A DNA stretch of 63,953 nt, filler included, from Reticulomyxa filosa (taxonomy: Eukaryota; Protista; Foraminifera): NCBI GenBank assembly GCA_000512085.1. It is 21 parts of 21 records of this genome, joined end to end, with 100 filler letters (N's around TTAATTAATTAA, not from the genome) between each part and the next. Parts side by side here need not be neighbours in the genome. Positions count along the whole stretch, not along the records: positions 21,784 to 25,208 come from ASPP01005570.1; positions 25,309 to 26,509 come from ASPP01003841.1; positions 26,610 to 27,609 come from ASPP01045491.1; positions 27,710 to 28,780 come from ASPP01046182.1; positions 28,881 to 30,697 come from ASPP01037774.1; positions 30,798 to 34,477 come from ASPP01028488.1; positions 34,578 to 36,768 come from ASPP01003019.1; positions 36,869 to 39,842 come from ASPP01049009.1; 13 more parts are not named here. The stretch is one strand, 5' to 3'. Positions 25,122 through 38,430 of this stretch are shown piece after piece. The translations under genes and the position numbers were made by a program. Under the pieces are notes generated by a model. It was not told where the DNA came from. It did not search any database and saw only the letters and a list, made by a program, of their open reading frames with translations. Position 1 is the first letter of the stretch. The number at the start of each line of letters is the position of its first letter.

Positions 25122-26270
25122 TCAAAGAGGAGGAGGGGACAAAGGGGAGAAAGGAAAAGAGGAAAAAAAAAAAAAAAAAAAAAGGTGAATATGAACAAAT
25201 AACAAACCNNNNNNNNNNNNNNNNNNNNNNNNNNNNNNNNNNNNNNNNNNNNTTAATTAATTAANNNNNNNNNNNNNNNNNNNNNNNNNNNNNNNNNNNN
25301 NNNNNNNNAAAGGAAAGAATAAATAAATAAAATAAATTTACATTAAAGTAATATGATATAAATATATAATTTGATTTTATGTTACGAAAATAACTAGAAA
25401 TAATTGGCTATATCTTTTATCAAATATATTTATTCTATTTTAATTATTTAACCTAATTTTTTACGTTTCAATATTATACTTGGAAAATATTTTTAATATA
25501 AGTTTCAATACATTTAAATTTTGTGTAATTCAAGTTATTAAATTGTTAATAAGTCATAAAGTGTAAATTTCATGATCGTATATTATAAAACTTAATAACT
25601 GATTGTTAATATAATTCGAAAGTCATTATTACATTTACCTCTTCATTATAATTGTTTTTGTTAGCTAGTGATAAACTTTATAATTCTAGTTACAAATAAT
25701 AATTTTATTACAAAAGAAAGAATAAATTGATAGACATGAATTGTTAAAATATTATTTGTAATTCATGTACATTTAGTTTCATACTTAGTGATTTATATTA
25801 TGACAGTTAACAGATAAAAAACTATTTTTTAAAATGTTAAATTGTATTTTTCCGAATAAATTTCCGATAAATGAAATGGATATTTTAATTGCAAGTTAAT
25901 TAAAAATTATTGAGTATACTATCTTTAGCACTTTAACAACACTTCTTTTTTAAAAAATTTTCAACAAAAGGTTCATCTTTGTAATCAAAATAAAATAATA
26001 AAAAATAAAACAATACGCTCTACACATGAAAATTCTTGCTTTTGGAATTCAAATCTACATATATTGTAATAACGAGTTTGCAAGGATCAATGTCATTCCA
26101 CAAATGTGTATTTCAATTTCAGATATCATGACAAAACCATACAACTTATAAGAAAAGCAAATAAAGTCAATTATGTTTTCTGTTTTAAACTTCTTGGTCA
26201 ACAGCAAAAGACCTTCGTTTCTCTTTTGCTGATTTTACCCCTTTTGAAGCGATTTGTGTAAAAAAAAAAG

Positions 26271-26509
26271 ATGGCATTTCGACGAATTACCGGTGTATTA
26301 GCTTGTATTTTCTCTATCCAAGTTCTTGCCGAAAATAAAGTGAAATGGGATCCAAATTCCTATTCACAATCGTTTGCGAACAACACACTGATGTATGCGT
26401 ACGGAGCATATTGCCCCGCATCTTCGTTAAAAACGTGGACATGCAAATGGTGTAACTACGTTTCCGCGTTTCAAGTCGATCAAGTAATTGACTTGGACCA
26501 ATTGCAAGT
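26271..26509 (+). CDS. Secreted class-3 lipase-like protein, N-terminus only
   Basis: Signal peptide followed by YAYGAYC....LKTWTCKWC, typical of Lipase_3 N-termini. The catalytic GHSLG lies beyond the contig end. Confidence 0.65.
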
Positions 26510-26751
26510 NNNNNNNNNNNNNNNNNNNNNNNNNNNNNNNNNNNNNNNNNNNNTTAATTAATTAANNNNNNNNNNNNNNNNNNNNNNNNNNNNNNNNNNN
26601 NNNNNNNNNCCTTCCAAAGTTATATATATATATATATATATACATATATATATTATTTATTTATTATTGTTTGAATTGTTTATGATACCCCTTTTTTATT
26701 ATATGGCATCCCGACAGCCCCAATGAACTGAAAAAATCACGCCATTTTGGC

Positions 26752-27580
26752 TTGTCGCAAAAAGTGCCCCGATCAATGACCAACGCAATGGATGGACTGA
26801 GTGAAGAGAATAATCCGAACAAAACCGGGGTGCAAAGGCCATCACAAAAGACGTCCTCTTGGCAAATGGGGACTCAGACTCAGACTCAGACTCAGACTCC
26901 GACTCCAACGACAGTTCCAATTTCTTCAATCTCGTCCGTGCCGCACGCAGAGTCGGTTCAAGACTCCTCGCAGTTCCCCAATGTGACCATGTCGGATGTC
27001 ACTAGTAGTGAAGTGGATGTGGACGTGGACAACAATAAAGACACGACAGCAATAGCAATAGCAACAGCAACAGCAACAGCAATAGCAACAGCAACAGCAA
27101 TAGTAACAGCAACAGCAACAGCAACAGTAACAACGGCGACAATGACAACAGAAACTATTGAAAAACAAAACACAATGACAAGTACGGAATCAACAAATAC
27201 CGGAAAAGTAAACAGCGAATCAAAGATTGAATGGAAGTTGTCCCGTGGAGCGAATCGGGATGTGTCGAATGACACAAAGGAAAGAAGTGAGAAGAAAGAG
27301 GAAGCAAAGGAAAGCAAGAAAGAGGAGAATGAAATGAACTGGTGGACGGTGGAACAAGAGACGTCGTATCATCAAAAGAAAGACATGTATTGTCGATTGA
27401 CCAATCCATTCCAATTCGATACAACCAATCCTTACGGAGCTCTGCTCTCTTTGTTTGAGCAATTGATGGTCGAGACGGAAACTGCACAGCACTTCAAAAT
27501 CAAACAAGAGCGAGTCGACGTGTTGAATCAGTTTGGATGCTTCGCGAGTTGCTTGTGGCGAATTTTGTCAATTGTCAGGT
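26752..27580 (+). CDS. Hypothetical protein exon with TQ and AT low-complexity tracts
   Basis: Long open frame with hexamer repeats (cagact)n at ~26874-26903 and (gcaaca/gcaata)n at ~27048-27130. A probable GT donor lies near 27579. Confidence 0.55.
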
Positions 27581-28676
27581 TAGTGTCACTGTGCTTCTTT
27601 TGTGTCTGTNNNNNNNNNNNNNNNNNNNNNNNNNNNNNNNNNNNNNNNNNNNNTTAATTAATTAANNNNNNNNNNNNNNNNNNNNNNNNNNNNNNNNNNN
27701 NNNNNNNNNAAAGGTGGAATGTTTATCTGATTGTTGGAGCCTTCCTACATTGTTCATATTTTCAGTTCAAAACTATTTTTGACATAACGTCAAAAAAAGC
27801 ACGCGTCTCTAAGAGAATGAAAAAAAACTTAAGTCTTCTGAAAAGAATGAGCACATTAGATGATGCAGTGGAGACGCAGTCACAACCACAACCTCAACAA
27901 TCACCTTCGTAATTGCAGTCGTGATCACAATCGCAGTCACAACTACAGCCACCAAGCCAAGTGAGGGCTTCGATAACTCAGCCTGCAAGCGTGTGCGGTC
28001 ACGTACCATTCCAACCGTTCCATCTCAATCCAGTTTCGCGAGACCACAAAAAAAACCTTTTTTTTTTTTCTTTTTTTTTGCAGTGAAGACCAACATGCAT
28101 GTTGTGTTGGATGGTTAAAAAAAAAGGTAAAGCCCAGTTATATCAGGGATTTATGGGATTCCGCTGGTGTACGAGTAATAACAAATAGAATGGAAGAAAG
28201 CAGAAAAGCAATTAAAGCAATTCACAATTTTTTCCAAGTTTAGTTGGCTGATAAAAAGCAAAACGGAAAGGGGAAGGGGATGATCAAGAAAAGGGACTGT
28301 CTAAAAAAAAACTCAATTAAAATTTTGTATTACACCCCCCCTCCTCCTTTTTTTTTTAAGTAAGGCAATTATTAAAAATAACAACACAAAATAATGATAC
28401 ATGATTGTGCCAAGAGTTTGTTCAGCTCTGCCCAGACGATGTCAAAATTGGCTTCCACCGATTGTAGCAATCATGAAAACAGAGCATTGACGTTTACATT
28501 GTAACGCTTTATGGAACTTGTCGGTTCGTATTTGTGTGTGTATATTATTTTGGGTTTTCCCTATCACATGTACATGTATTATCTGCCAATGTTAAAATTG
28601 GTTATAAAAGGAGAAGATAAGAGGAGTGTGAGAGGGGGGGGGATGGACGAATAATATGCAAACAAAAGCAAAAAAC

Positions 28677-28707
<31 letters not shown>

Positions 28708-28881
28708 TGTATATATAAATAAACCAAATACAAATGCAAATACAAATACAAATATAAAACAAAACAGAAACAATGTCGAANNNNNNNNNNNNNNNNNNNN
28801 NNNNNNNNNNNNNNNNNNNNNNNNTTAATTAATTAANNNNNNNNNNNNNNNNNNNNNNNNNNNNNNNNNNNNNNNNNNNNA

Positions 28882-30697
28882 ATGATCAAAAATCGAAAAA
28901 AAGAACTGAATGAACCTCTTCAAATTATGTTTGACAATGAGGTGTCCTTTATCGTCGAACAAATTTGCAAATCACAAAAATTTGTGCGTACCAAATTGCA
29001 AGATGTTGCAATGGTGTCCTTACGAGATGTGGAGAGATGTCTGAATATTTTTGTTTGGCTTGCCAACAAATATTTTGCAGATACTTCAAATATCAGACAA
29101 TGTCTGGTGATTTCAATGGGAATTTGTTATTATTACCGTTTAAAACCAAAAGAAAGAGAAGAATACAAAAAAGAGATGACAACACAAAAAATAAATTTCT
29201 TGGAGGTTTTAGAAAGAGAAAGGGACTTATTTTGTAATGCTCTCGTTTATCCCCCAGGTAATAAATATATTACAATATTGTATTTTGTATTCACAAAGTT
29301 GAACAAATACGTAACATTTTCAATCAAATAAAAAAATAATCAGATATTGCAAAAACAGCAGCTTTAAAGGAAATATTGTTTATATTATTTATCTGTATTG
29401 TCACAACGACTCCCAGTTTTGTCTTTCTTTTTCAAATAATACACATGTATGCATATAATTTATGTGTCAACGGATTTACAGTTGTATTGGTTGGAGATCC
29501 TGGAACATCGAAAACATTATCTTTTCAAATTCTCAAAGATAATATGTGTCAATCTGGAATTGATAATCAAGATAATAGGTGTCAATCTGGAATTGATAAT
29601 CAAGATAATAGGTGTCAATCTGGAATTGATAATCTTCGAACCAAATTAAACAATAAAAGTATCGATTTGAAGGCCCTCCATGTTGTGTCTTTTCAATGTA
29701 CACAAAATAGCAAAGCCCTTGGAATCAAAGAGAGATGGGACCAAGCCATGCGTCACTCGGAGGGCGACCTCGTCAAACCCATGTTGTTGTTGGATGAAAT
29801 TGGCTTAGCAGAACATTCCGAACATTCTCCTTTGAAAGTGTTGCATCACTTGTTAGAAAATCCAAAAATTTCATTTGTAGGGTTATCCAATTGGCCTTTG
29901 GATGCTGCGAAAATGAATCGTGTCATTGTGCATCAAATTCCAAATAATCTCGATGACCTTGAAGCCATTGGAAAATCGATTCACAAGACCGAACATACAA
30001 ACTTACGGCAATGTGATGTAGACATGCTGATTGACCTGTTTATAAGATTGAACAGCCAACTATCACAACAAAAATGGCCTTTAATAAAAGAAAATTGGTT
30101 GGGGAGACGAGATTTTTATGCCCTGATTCGCCATTACAGGCGCAATCAGGTACCCAGCGAATCTTTTCAAGGTGTAATGAGAAATTTGGGGGGTTGTAGA
30201 GATCCACAATTTCAAAAATATTTGGCAGAGATATTAGAAAATGTGTCACGAAAAAGTGCAACAGAGATATCGACATTAATGAGTGATTGGGAGCCTTTGA
30301 AATGTGTGAACATGAATCTCCAAGATGAGAATTGCAGACATTGTATGTTGGTGTGTGAGAACCCCTATTCCTGGCAATTGTTGTTGGATCACAATCGATT
30401 GTCATGTAAAGATACAGTATTTTTATTTGATAGTAAGTTTGCAGCGGACACAGCCACCATGACAAGTTATGATCATTTGCACAAAGTCATTAATTGTATG
30501 GAAGCTGGAAAAAAAGTCATCTTGTACAAGTTGAAGTCGATTCATGAATGTCTTTATGACATGCTCAATCAAAGATATCTTGACAATTCTCCAGGTGCGT
30601 TTTTTTTTTGTTTTTTTTTGTGAATGATGTAATTTCTCCTTTCTTCATTCTCTTTCTTCTTCCTTCAGAAAATCGAATTTGCCGCGTGGCTGTGGAA
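28882..30697 (+). CDS. RNF213/mysterin-like AAA+ ATPase module, partial, multi-exon
   Basis: VSLRDVERC; Walker A LVGDPGTSKTLS; VVSFQC; Walker B LLLDEIGLAE.S..SPLKVLHHLLE; FVGLSNWPLDAAKMNR; GRRDFYALI; MRNLGG; LYDMLNQRY. Probable introns at ~29259-29343 and 29416-29481. Confidence 0.88.
29536..29634 (+). repeat. Three near-perfect 33-bp in-frame tandem copies
   Basis: aagataata(t/g)gtgtcaatctggaattgataatc x3, encoding KDNMCQSGIDN-QDNRCQSGIDN-QDNRCQSGIDN. Confidence 0.95.
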
Positions 30698-30797
30698 NNN
30701 NNNNNNNNNNNNNNNNNNNNNNNNNNNNNNNNNNNNNNNNNTTAATTAATTAANNNNNNNNNNNNNNNNNNNNNNNNNNNNNNNNNNNNNNNNNNNN

Positions 30798-30990
30798 CTT
30801 TACCACACAATATCCTTCCAAAATGACTTCGTATGGATAACAAAAGATCAATCTGTACTCATTTTTTAGTGTATGATAGGAGTAACAATACTGTTTGGGA
30901 TAAGTCCCACAAATGAAAAGCTCGTGCTTGTGACCACGCATTGAGGATCTCGAAATGAAATTGGCAAATAGGATAAGACTTCAAAGTTAT
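30798..30990 (-). pseudogene. Kelch-repeat family N-terminal fragment
   Basis: HKHELFICGTYPKQYCYSYHTLKNEYRLIFCYP..VILEGYCVVK is paralogous to 39943-40118. The upstream part appears frameshifted. Confidence 0.65.
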
Positions 30991-31769
30991 TTTCCATGCC
31001 AACGTCAATAATCTCTTCTTTTCTGGTATCACCTGGATCCATTTTAATGACAAATGAATAAACTTGTAATGAAATTTATACTTAGCTTGCAGTTTTTTTT
31101 TGAAACCCGTCCAAGAAAAATATTCAAAGAGTAAAAGATACATTTTCTGAATAAAAAAAAAAAGCTATCATGAATAATAAACATTTTCTCTTCCCTTTTA
31201 AAAAATGTATTACAAAAAGCATGAAATGAATATTGAAAATCACAAAAATCTGTATTTGATTTGATTTGTGACAAAGATTGATTAGAAATAATAGGTAATC
31301 CATTTAGCTAAAATGTTTACTGGTATTGTTTACATCCGGAAAATGAATAAATTATGTTATGTATTATATCAAGAGAAGATTGGAACATCAAATGAGCATC
31401 GTTATTAGAAGAATATTTGTATTATTAGCTATGCAAATTCCTAGATAATAATTTTTTAAAAAGTATGTAAAGATTCTAGCCAAAAAAAATCATAATAATA
31501 TTATCTCATTAGAAATATTAGCTAATCGTGTATTCAAAAATAAGAAAATGATATGAACAATTAATTCATTACTGTTAAAGCATAAGATGCACAATTAGGA
31601 AATTTGTATTAGTATTTTGTTGTAATGAAACATTTGATTATAATGTAATGTCAATCATTTTTGTGGAGATGTTTTAATGAATTTAATGGATTAGAAAAAC
31701 AAATATTAACTATACAAACTGATTTGCGTGAAAATGACAAGTCGTGGTATAGAAAGTAAAATGAAATCC

Positions 31770-32415
31770 TGATATGGGTATTTTTATAAATGAATCACCA
31801 GATAATTTAAAACAGTTATTAATTGTGTTTTTTAATTGCACAAGTAATGTTATTTTCACAACATTTTGGTACTGCTGAATTATGTAATGATCAATTATTT
31901 AAATAAAATCATTATGAAAAGTGTTGAAATTAAATAAAACGATATTAATTAATAAATGAATTGCTTAAATAAAAGAAAGTATTTTAATATGTTCTTTAAT
32001 GAGTATATTTTTATTTGATAGTTTATTAGAGTCTGCATTTCCTGGTGCTAATATAAGATATATTAAAGAAGAAAGAATTAAAAGCAAAGATATTACAAGT
32101 TTCTAAAGAGAGGTTTTATTGTGTAGATACAATTTTATACTACACAAGATATTAATTATGGCCAAAAAGCAACTATTAAAGTATAATTGCATTGTATTTA
32201 CTGCTACATTACATATTATTATAGATAATCAACATGGTGAAAATGGTAAATGTCATTGAATAATATTTGACGGTGATGTAGATTCTGAATGATCAAAAAA
32301 TTTAAATTCGTTTAGATAATAACATTACCTAATGGTGAGAGATTATCATTTATATATAATATAAGAATAATATTTGAACACCAAAATCAGTATCCGCGTT
32401 GTAATGTGGTATGGT
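31770..32415 (+). pseudogene. Heavily decayed cytoplasmic dynein heavy chain relic (AAA1-AAA2 region)
   Basis: IIDNQHGENGKCH*IIFDGDVDSE*SKNLNS...TLPNGERLS...NIRIIFE matches the dynein [41 protein letters not shown] motif. It has multiple stops and indels. Confidence 0.8.
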
Positions 32416-33454
32416 ATATAAACACTTTAATAACGACAAGGCATTGATGACAAACAATTGACAATATTAATAATAATAAGTCAAGATTATCATGCCATCA
32501 AAGCAGCGAAAGATGAAATAGAAATTATATAATGCGTTTGATAACAATTTTTGAACAAAGCCCTTTTTATGATGATATCATTGATATAAAGAGAAGCAAT
32601 AAAAACATAACAAACATTTAACATATTGAAATTATGTATGTAATGTTGTATACACGCATAATATTATTGATGGATACAATTAATTATAGCAATGTGAATA
32701 GGAACACATCAGAATATCATTGAAATATATGATAATTCATTTATTAACAAAACGACAATGGCATTGTCGATATTGTCTATTGTATGGAAACAACAAATAA
32801 GTTATGAAAACGTAAAATTGCAATGGAATATAATATAACGCATATTTAAAACAACACAACAAATAATGATTAGAGATTAGTATTCATATAATCCAACAAC
32901 ATGCAATATTTAGTAAATTTTGTTCAAAACGCATCCCAAAATTATGTAAATGAATATGTATCATTTTTTATATGAATGACAATGCGTGGAGCAAATTAAA
33001 TATTTAAAAACTGATTAATTGTTCGGACGAATAAAAATATATTAATTGCATCAAATAGTGAATACTATTGTTATGCAATTATTAACATTTAACTCTTGAA
33101 TAAAAGTAACAAAGCCACATGTAATCGGTGTGATAAAACAACGATTTATCCAATAAAGAGTTATAAATTGTGAATATAATGTAAAAAGAGATTATAGTTT
33201 AATTATATCATAAAAAAGAATCATTTTTTAAAGCTTTTTTGAATCTATTTTTTTAAATAAATTTTGTTAAAAAAATGCGCCAAAACGGTTGTTCCTCCAT
33301 AACAAATCCTTCACTTTTTTAATTTGGAAAAAAATTTGACAGTCAAATCTATCTGCATATGGAAAATTATCAAGAATAATTAAAAAAAAATCAAAAGAAG
33401 CTTTCATCAATACTTTTTCAATTGACAAAAATTGTAGCAAAGCCAACATAGAAC

Positions 33455-34477
33455 TTAATTCATATCATTTCTATATATATCTTCGTAAATTGAACCGTTA
33501 GTTGTACCATAATATAAACGCATAGAATCAATATCATTTGATTTTTGTTTATTGTAATTCTCTTTCTTTTTCAATGCTGCAAATTTAAGAGTAGTTATTG
33601 CTGTTTTGCCCGAATATCCTTTGATCACATACAATTCCTCCTTATCTGATCGAATATCCCAAAAACGAATTGTATTATCCAATGATCCAGAACATATCAC
33701 ACTTGAATTACTACCAATAACGTTATTTACTACAAATGGTGGATAATCAACAGCATACACAAGTTCGCTATGACCTTTGAATGATCTAATTAAATTATTG
33801 TATCGTGTGTCCCACAAACAAACATTATAATCCAATGATGAAGATAATATTGTATTAGCTAATTCATTTGAGCCATATTTTACACGGAAAATTCCACAAG
33901 TATGTAGAAAAGAATTGCGTTTTTTGTTTGCTTCAATATCCCATACACAAATGGTTTGATCATAGGATCCAGAACAAAACGTGTGTCCATTACTAACAAT
34001 AATATTATTTTTATCATTTTTGTTATTGTTTTGCAATGGTGAAAAGTCAACACATGAAATAGTATTTTCATGCGCATTTACAACAATTTTTGCGGTTAAT
34101 TGTTCAATATCCCAAAGACGGACAGTTTTGTCATCAGATCCAGAACACAGATATTTACCACAATCAAATGGTGAAATTTCAATGCAAGTAACGCTATTAG
34201 AGTGTTCTTTGAACACTGTGAGTATTTTATTACATTTATAATCCCAAAAACGAATAGAATTATCAGCTGACGCAAAGCAAATGACTTCTTTACTTTCACG
34301 ATTATAATGATATTGTGAAAATTTTGCACAATATACTCTATCTTTATGCTTAAATTTTCCAATTTGTTTCTTATTATCAACATCCCATACATAAATTGTA
34401 TCATATGAACCAGAACAAATGAATTCACTACGGTTAAATATTGTATAATCAATACTATCCACTCGACCATTATGCTC
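33455..34477 (-). CDS. WD40-repeat protein (expanded lineage family), 5' truncated
   Basis: Repeated ICSGSYD.TI.VWD, YLCSGSDDKTVRLWD and ICSGSLDNTIRFWDIR. Confidence 0.92.
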   Translation of the reverse strand, partial: EHNGRVDSIDYTIFNRSEFICSGSYDTIYVWDVDNKKQIGKFKHKDRVYCAKFSQYHYNRESKEVICFASADNSIRFWDYKCNKILTVFKEHSNSVTCIEISPFDCGKYLCSGSDDKTVRLWDIEQLTAKIVVNAHENTISCVDFSPLQNNNKNDKNNIIVSNGHTFCSGSYDQTICVWDIEANKKRNSFLHTCGIFRVKYGSNELANTILSSSLDYNVCLWDTRYNNLIRSFKGHSELVYAVDYPPFVVNNVIGSNSSVICSGSLDNTIRFWDIRSDKEELYVIKGYSGKTAITTLKFAALKKKENYNKQKSNDIDSMRLYYGTTNGSIYEDIYRNDMN

Positions 34478-34577
34478 NNNNNNNNNNNNNNNNNNNNNNN
34501 NNNNNNNNNNNNNNNNNNNNNTTAATTAATTAANNNNNNNNNNNNNNNNNNNNNNNNNNNNNNNNNNNNNNNNNNNN

Positions 34578-34578
<1 letters not shown>

Positions 34579-34610
<32 letters not shown>

Positions 34611-35383
34611 TTGTTGATGTCAATGATCATAATGGCCATACAGATGGGCTGGACGACGATAACAAGCGACTGTTGGCCTGTTTGTTTGATAAAAACAGCA
34701 TGATTAGCAGTGCCTTTCGACATGACCTTGTGGAAAACATTGACCAAATCGAAAAGCAGAAGATGATGGAGGAGGCCGAGAAAGTGGCTCAACAAGCGCT
34801 CATGAAATTGGAGTCGGTTCGCAAAGACATGAAACAGCAGCCTGTGCATGTTCCTACGTGGACCGGACGCTATGGCGTGGACTGCAATCAACAGATACAT
34901 ACGTTTGGCAAGGATGAATCGACTTTGCTTCACATCCTTCGCAATAAATATCTTAACAGCAACAGCGGCGGCGGTGGCGGCGGCGAACGCACCATACATT
35001 CAAAGGACAATGTCTTGGACGATCGTGTGCATGCCAATAAGGCAAGTTCCAGGAACATTCTGGCAAATATCAAACTGGCCAAGGCAAGTCACATATCGGC
35101 CCCTTCTGGTTCCAGCAAACACGCGTTTACGCAGATAAAGTATGAACACTTAGTTCGGGACTTGCATGCCTTCATGAAAGAACGAACCGAAGACAAACAT
35201 AATTCGACTTGCACTGCTGTGGAATCCGCAGATATTATCGCGCACTTTCAACATCGACTTAGCAACGAAACTGAGCAATATCTTTTCAGAGTCATCGTGC
35301 AAAATTTGTGCAAATTTGTTCCACTTAATGGACAACACAACAAAAAAGGATGGATTTTGAAGCCAAAATTTCTGGACTTGTGA
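34579..35383 (+). CDS. ERCC6: CSB/ERCC6/Rad26 C-terminal region
   Basis: LF....ISSAFRHD.VE...EAEKVAQQAL..L...VPTWTGRYG...SS..ILA.IK...IIAHF...LFR.IVQNLCKF...WILKPKF fits the CSB C-terminal winged-helix/CIM-like region. The frame is open from the contig start. Confidence 0.75.
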
Positions 35384-36049
35384 TGTTTGTTTGTTTTGTT
35401 TGTTTGTTTTTAGAAAAAGTAATTTACATTTATTTATTTTGATGCATTGAATCCATTCCGTACACTATGCTGAAATATACACATTCACCTCCATTATAAC
35501 TATTAAAAAATATATTTAACTCTCATTGTCTCCAGAGAAAGCACCCTTTTCATAAAAGCAAGCTTTTTTATGATTTTAGTGCTATATTCCTTACAAATTT
35601 CAAATTTTAAAAAGAATAAGAATACTTGACTTTTTGACGAAAATCAACAAATAAACGAATAATTATGAACAAACGTAGTGTTCTTTGTTATGTGAACAGT
35701 TTTAATTTTTATAAGAAAAAATGCACTATGCGATATATATTGAAATAATTTGACAGCTACGAAAAAATTTAAAATATAGAACTGAGTTGCACTACAAGTT
35801 CTAGTTCAATTTCAAACAAATTATCTTTTTCGAAAAGGAACTGTAAACATTGAACTTTGTTTTACCGATCTTGAGAGAAAAAGTTCAATCATTTTCTTAG
35901 ATAATCGAAATAAAATAAAAAAAGTTAAAAGAATGATGACCCATTGTAGTGAAAAACAAACTTCAATTCAACTAGCGTTGATAAGTTTAGAAAGTTAAAC
36001 GTATTTATGCTGTTGTACATGACTTGTGATTGAATTATTTGGAAAAAGA

Positions 36050-36768
36050 GACGGAAACAATTGTTCAACATTGGATTCGGATATTTCACATTAAATTTGG
36101 ATGGACCAAAGATTTTAACAACCTTATTGTCAATTATGTTATGTCTTTTGATTATTTGTTTTTCATTGAATGCCAATAAAATGTTTAAATATTTATTTGT
36201 TGTTATTATGCATAATTACAATAACACAGGCAAGTATATTCATCATGTTTGAGACATTTCGTTTATCATCCAAATTACTCAAGACTTTCACCGGACACTC
36301 AAGTAGTGTGTATAGTATTGACTATTTAACATTTGATAATTGTCAATTACTTTGTTCTGGATCAGAAGATAAAACAGTTTGTGTATGGAATGTTGCGAAC
36401 AACAAAGAAATTCAATTATTCAATGGACACTCATCCTTTGTTTATTGTGTGAAATTTTCGCCATATCATCACAATCATCGTTGTAATGTCATTTGCTCTT
36501 CATCAATTGACAGGACAATTCGTTTTTGGAATATTAAAGATAAACAACAATTGCAAATACTCAGTGGACATATTCTTGGTGCATGTGAAATTGAATTTTC
36601 ATCATTTAATGGTGGTCGATATTTGTGTTCTGGATCTGAAGACAAAACAATTCGTTTATTGGATGTCGAGACATCCAAATCATTACATGTTTTCAATGGA
36701 CATACTAATATTGTTAAATATGTGGACATTTCACCGTTGCAAAGCAATGACAATGATAATAAAAGTAA
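36050..36768 (+). CDS. WD40-repeat protein (same family as 33455-34477), 3' truncated
   Basis: Family N-terminal exon ETIVQHWIRIFHIKFGWTKDFNNLIVNY, then KLLKTFTGHSSSVYSIDY...LCSGSEDKTV.VWN repeats. Confidence 0.9.
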
Positions 36769-37169
36769 NNNNNNNNNNNNNNNNNNNNNNNNNNNNNNNN
36801 NNNNNNNNNNNNTTAATTAATTAANNNNNNNNNNNNNNNNNNNNNNNNNNNNNNNNNNNNNNNNNNNNCATCACCGGCACTACACCGAACGAAGCAGTCC
36901 AACGCAGCTTCGCTTGGACGACGACGGCCCACTGAGAGAAAGCAGCGCCGAGGCCAGCCGCAGCACTTCCAGCGCACCATCACATGAATAGAGCCCTCCA
37001 TTGTGTGGCAACAGGTTGGGGAGAGAAAAAAAATCACACGGCGAGGAGTTAACAAGAACAAGGGATAAAACAAGATTGAAACAGTGGATTATGTCATTAA
37101 TGACAGATTGGAAATGATTGAAAATTGAAAAGTTTTTTTTTTTTAATGTATATGTATATATGTCTATAA

Positions 37170-38430
37170 TATGTGTGATCAAATACATTGGAAAAGTCCA
37201 CTTTGCCAAAGATGTCAGATATGGCATTGAGCTGGACGAAGCCAGCGCCAAAGGACATAATGGGACAGTCGGCGGACAAGCTTATTTTGAGTACAAAAAT
37301 AACCATGGCGAAAGAGACGATCATCAAGCGCTTGGAAAAAATCGGCACTGAAGATTCCTTCTTTGACATTGCTTAAAGATAAAAAAATAATTATTTTTTT
37401 TTAAATTGGTAAATTCCCCTCTATCGCATCCATTTGGGATGTTTGATAATGTCTTTCTTTGCTTGGCCATGTCCATTGGGAAAACACGCACATGCAAAGG
37501 AGACATTGCAATGACTTGAAGAAAAACAAATAATAAAATAACAATTAACAATTGACAATTAATAAAACTAAACAGGCGTTGTGAAATATATTGACAAGAC
37601 GCCAATGGTAAATGTCATACTGGTCGGATTGGAGCTTGATGATCCCATCGAACATTGCAGTAATGGACGCTTTGGGAGCGAAGAGTAGAGAAGCCGCGCA
37701 GCGAATTGGAAATTGATGAGAGGAAGAGTCGGAGACCATTCCGGAAGACTTGGAAATGGAGCCTCCAGTGGACCATCCCAATGATGATCTCACGTCGAGT
37801 GAAGGAAACTGGCGTTGACAAGGAACAGTGATTGAAACGACAACGACCAAATGAAGACAATCGATGAAGACGAGGAGGTTGACGACGTCGTGATCCACAA
37901 ACCAAGAAAGCTATCAAAAACGAGCTGTTGAAGCGAATAATTGCCAGATTGCGAATCAATGATCGAGTGAAATTGTTTGGAGGTCAGATGGGAACTTGGT
38001 ACGCCGAAACCGATGGAAATGAAACATTGGAATCGAGCTGGATGATATCACGATCGGAGGCCACAATGACAGATGCAAATTCACCGCGAAGGAAGGACAC
38101 TGTATATTCGTGACGACCAAGGCCATTTTCAAAGTATGTCCATATACATTGATAAGTGTTCATGTGAACAACCCGAACGGCAGCAATGAAGAGCTGGTGA
38201 CTGTAAACTACTTGGATCGCGTTCGCTTGCAAGGCGGACGAACCGGAGTCGTTCGATATGTGGGTCCATTAGACGGCATGAGGGGATGCAACCAAGGAGT
38301 ACATCGGTTTGGAACTGGACCAATTCAACCCCCTGGTGACTTCGAGCACATTCAAAGGAAAGGAGTATTTCACAGTTCATTCCAACAAAAGCGCATTCAT
38401 TGACAAGTCGCAAATTGTTGCCAACTTGGG
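37170..38430 (+). pseudogene. Multi-CAP-Gly domain gene, frameshifted
   Basis: About four CAP-Gly-like units: IKYIGKVHFAKDVRYGIELDEASAKGHNGTVGGQAYF; VILVGLELDDP; RINDRVKL..G/IELDD; LDRVRLQGGRTGVVRYVG/LELDQF...KGKEYF. They are broken by stops and frameshifts. Confidence 0.75.

Noticed and set aside
32250-32300. TGA=Trp alternative genetic code
   Set aside because: Intact genes (carboxypeptidase, CDC45, CSB, HCCS) use TGG for Trp and end in TGA, and the dynein relic also has frameshifts.
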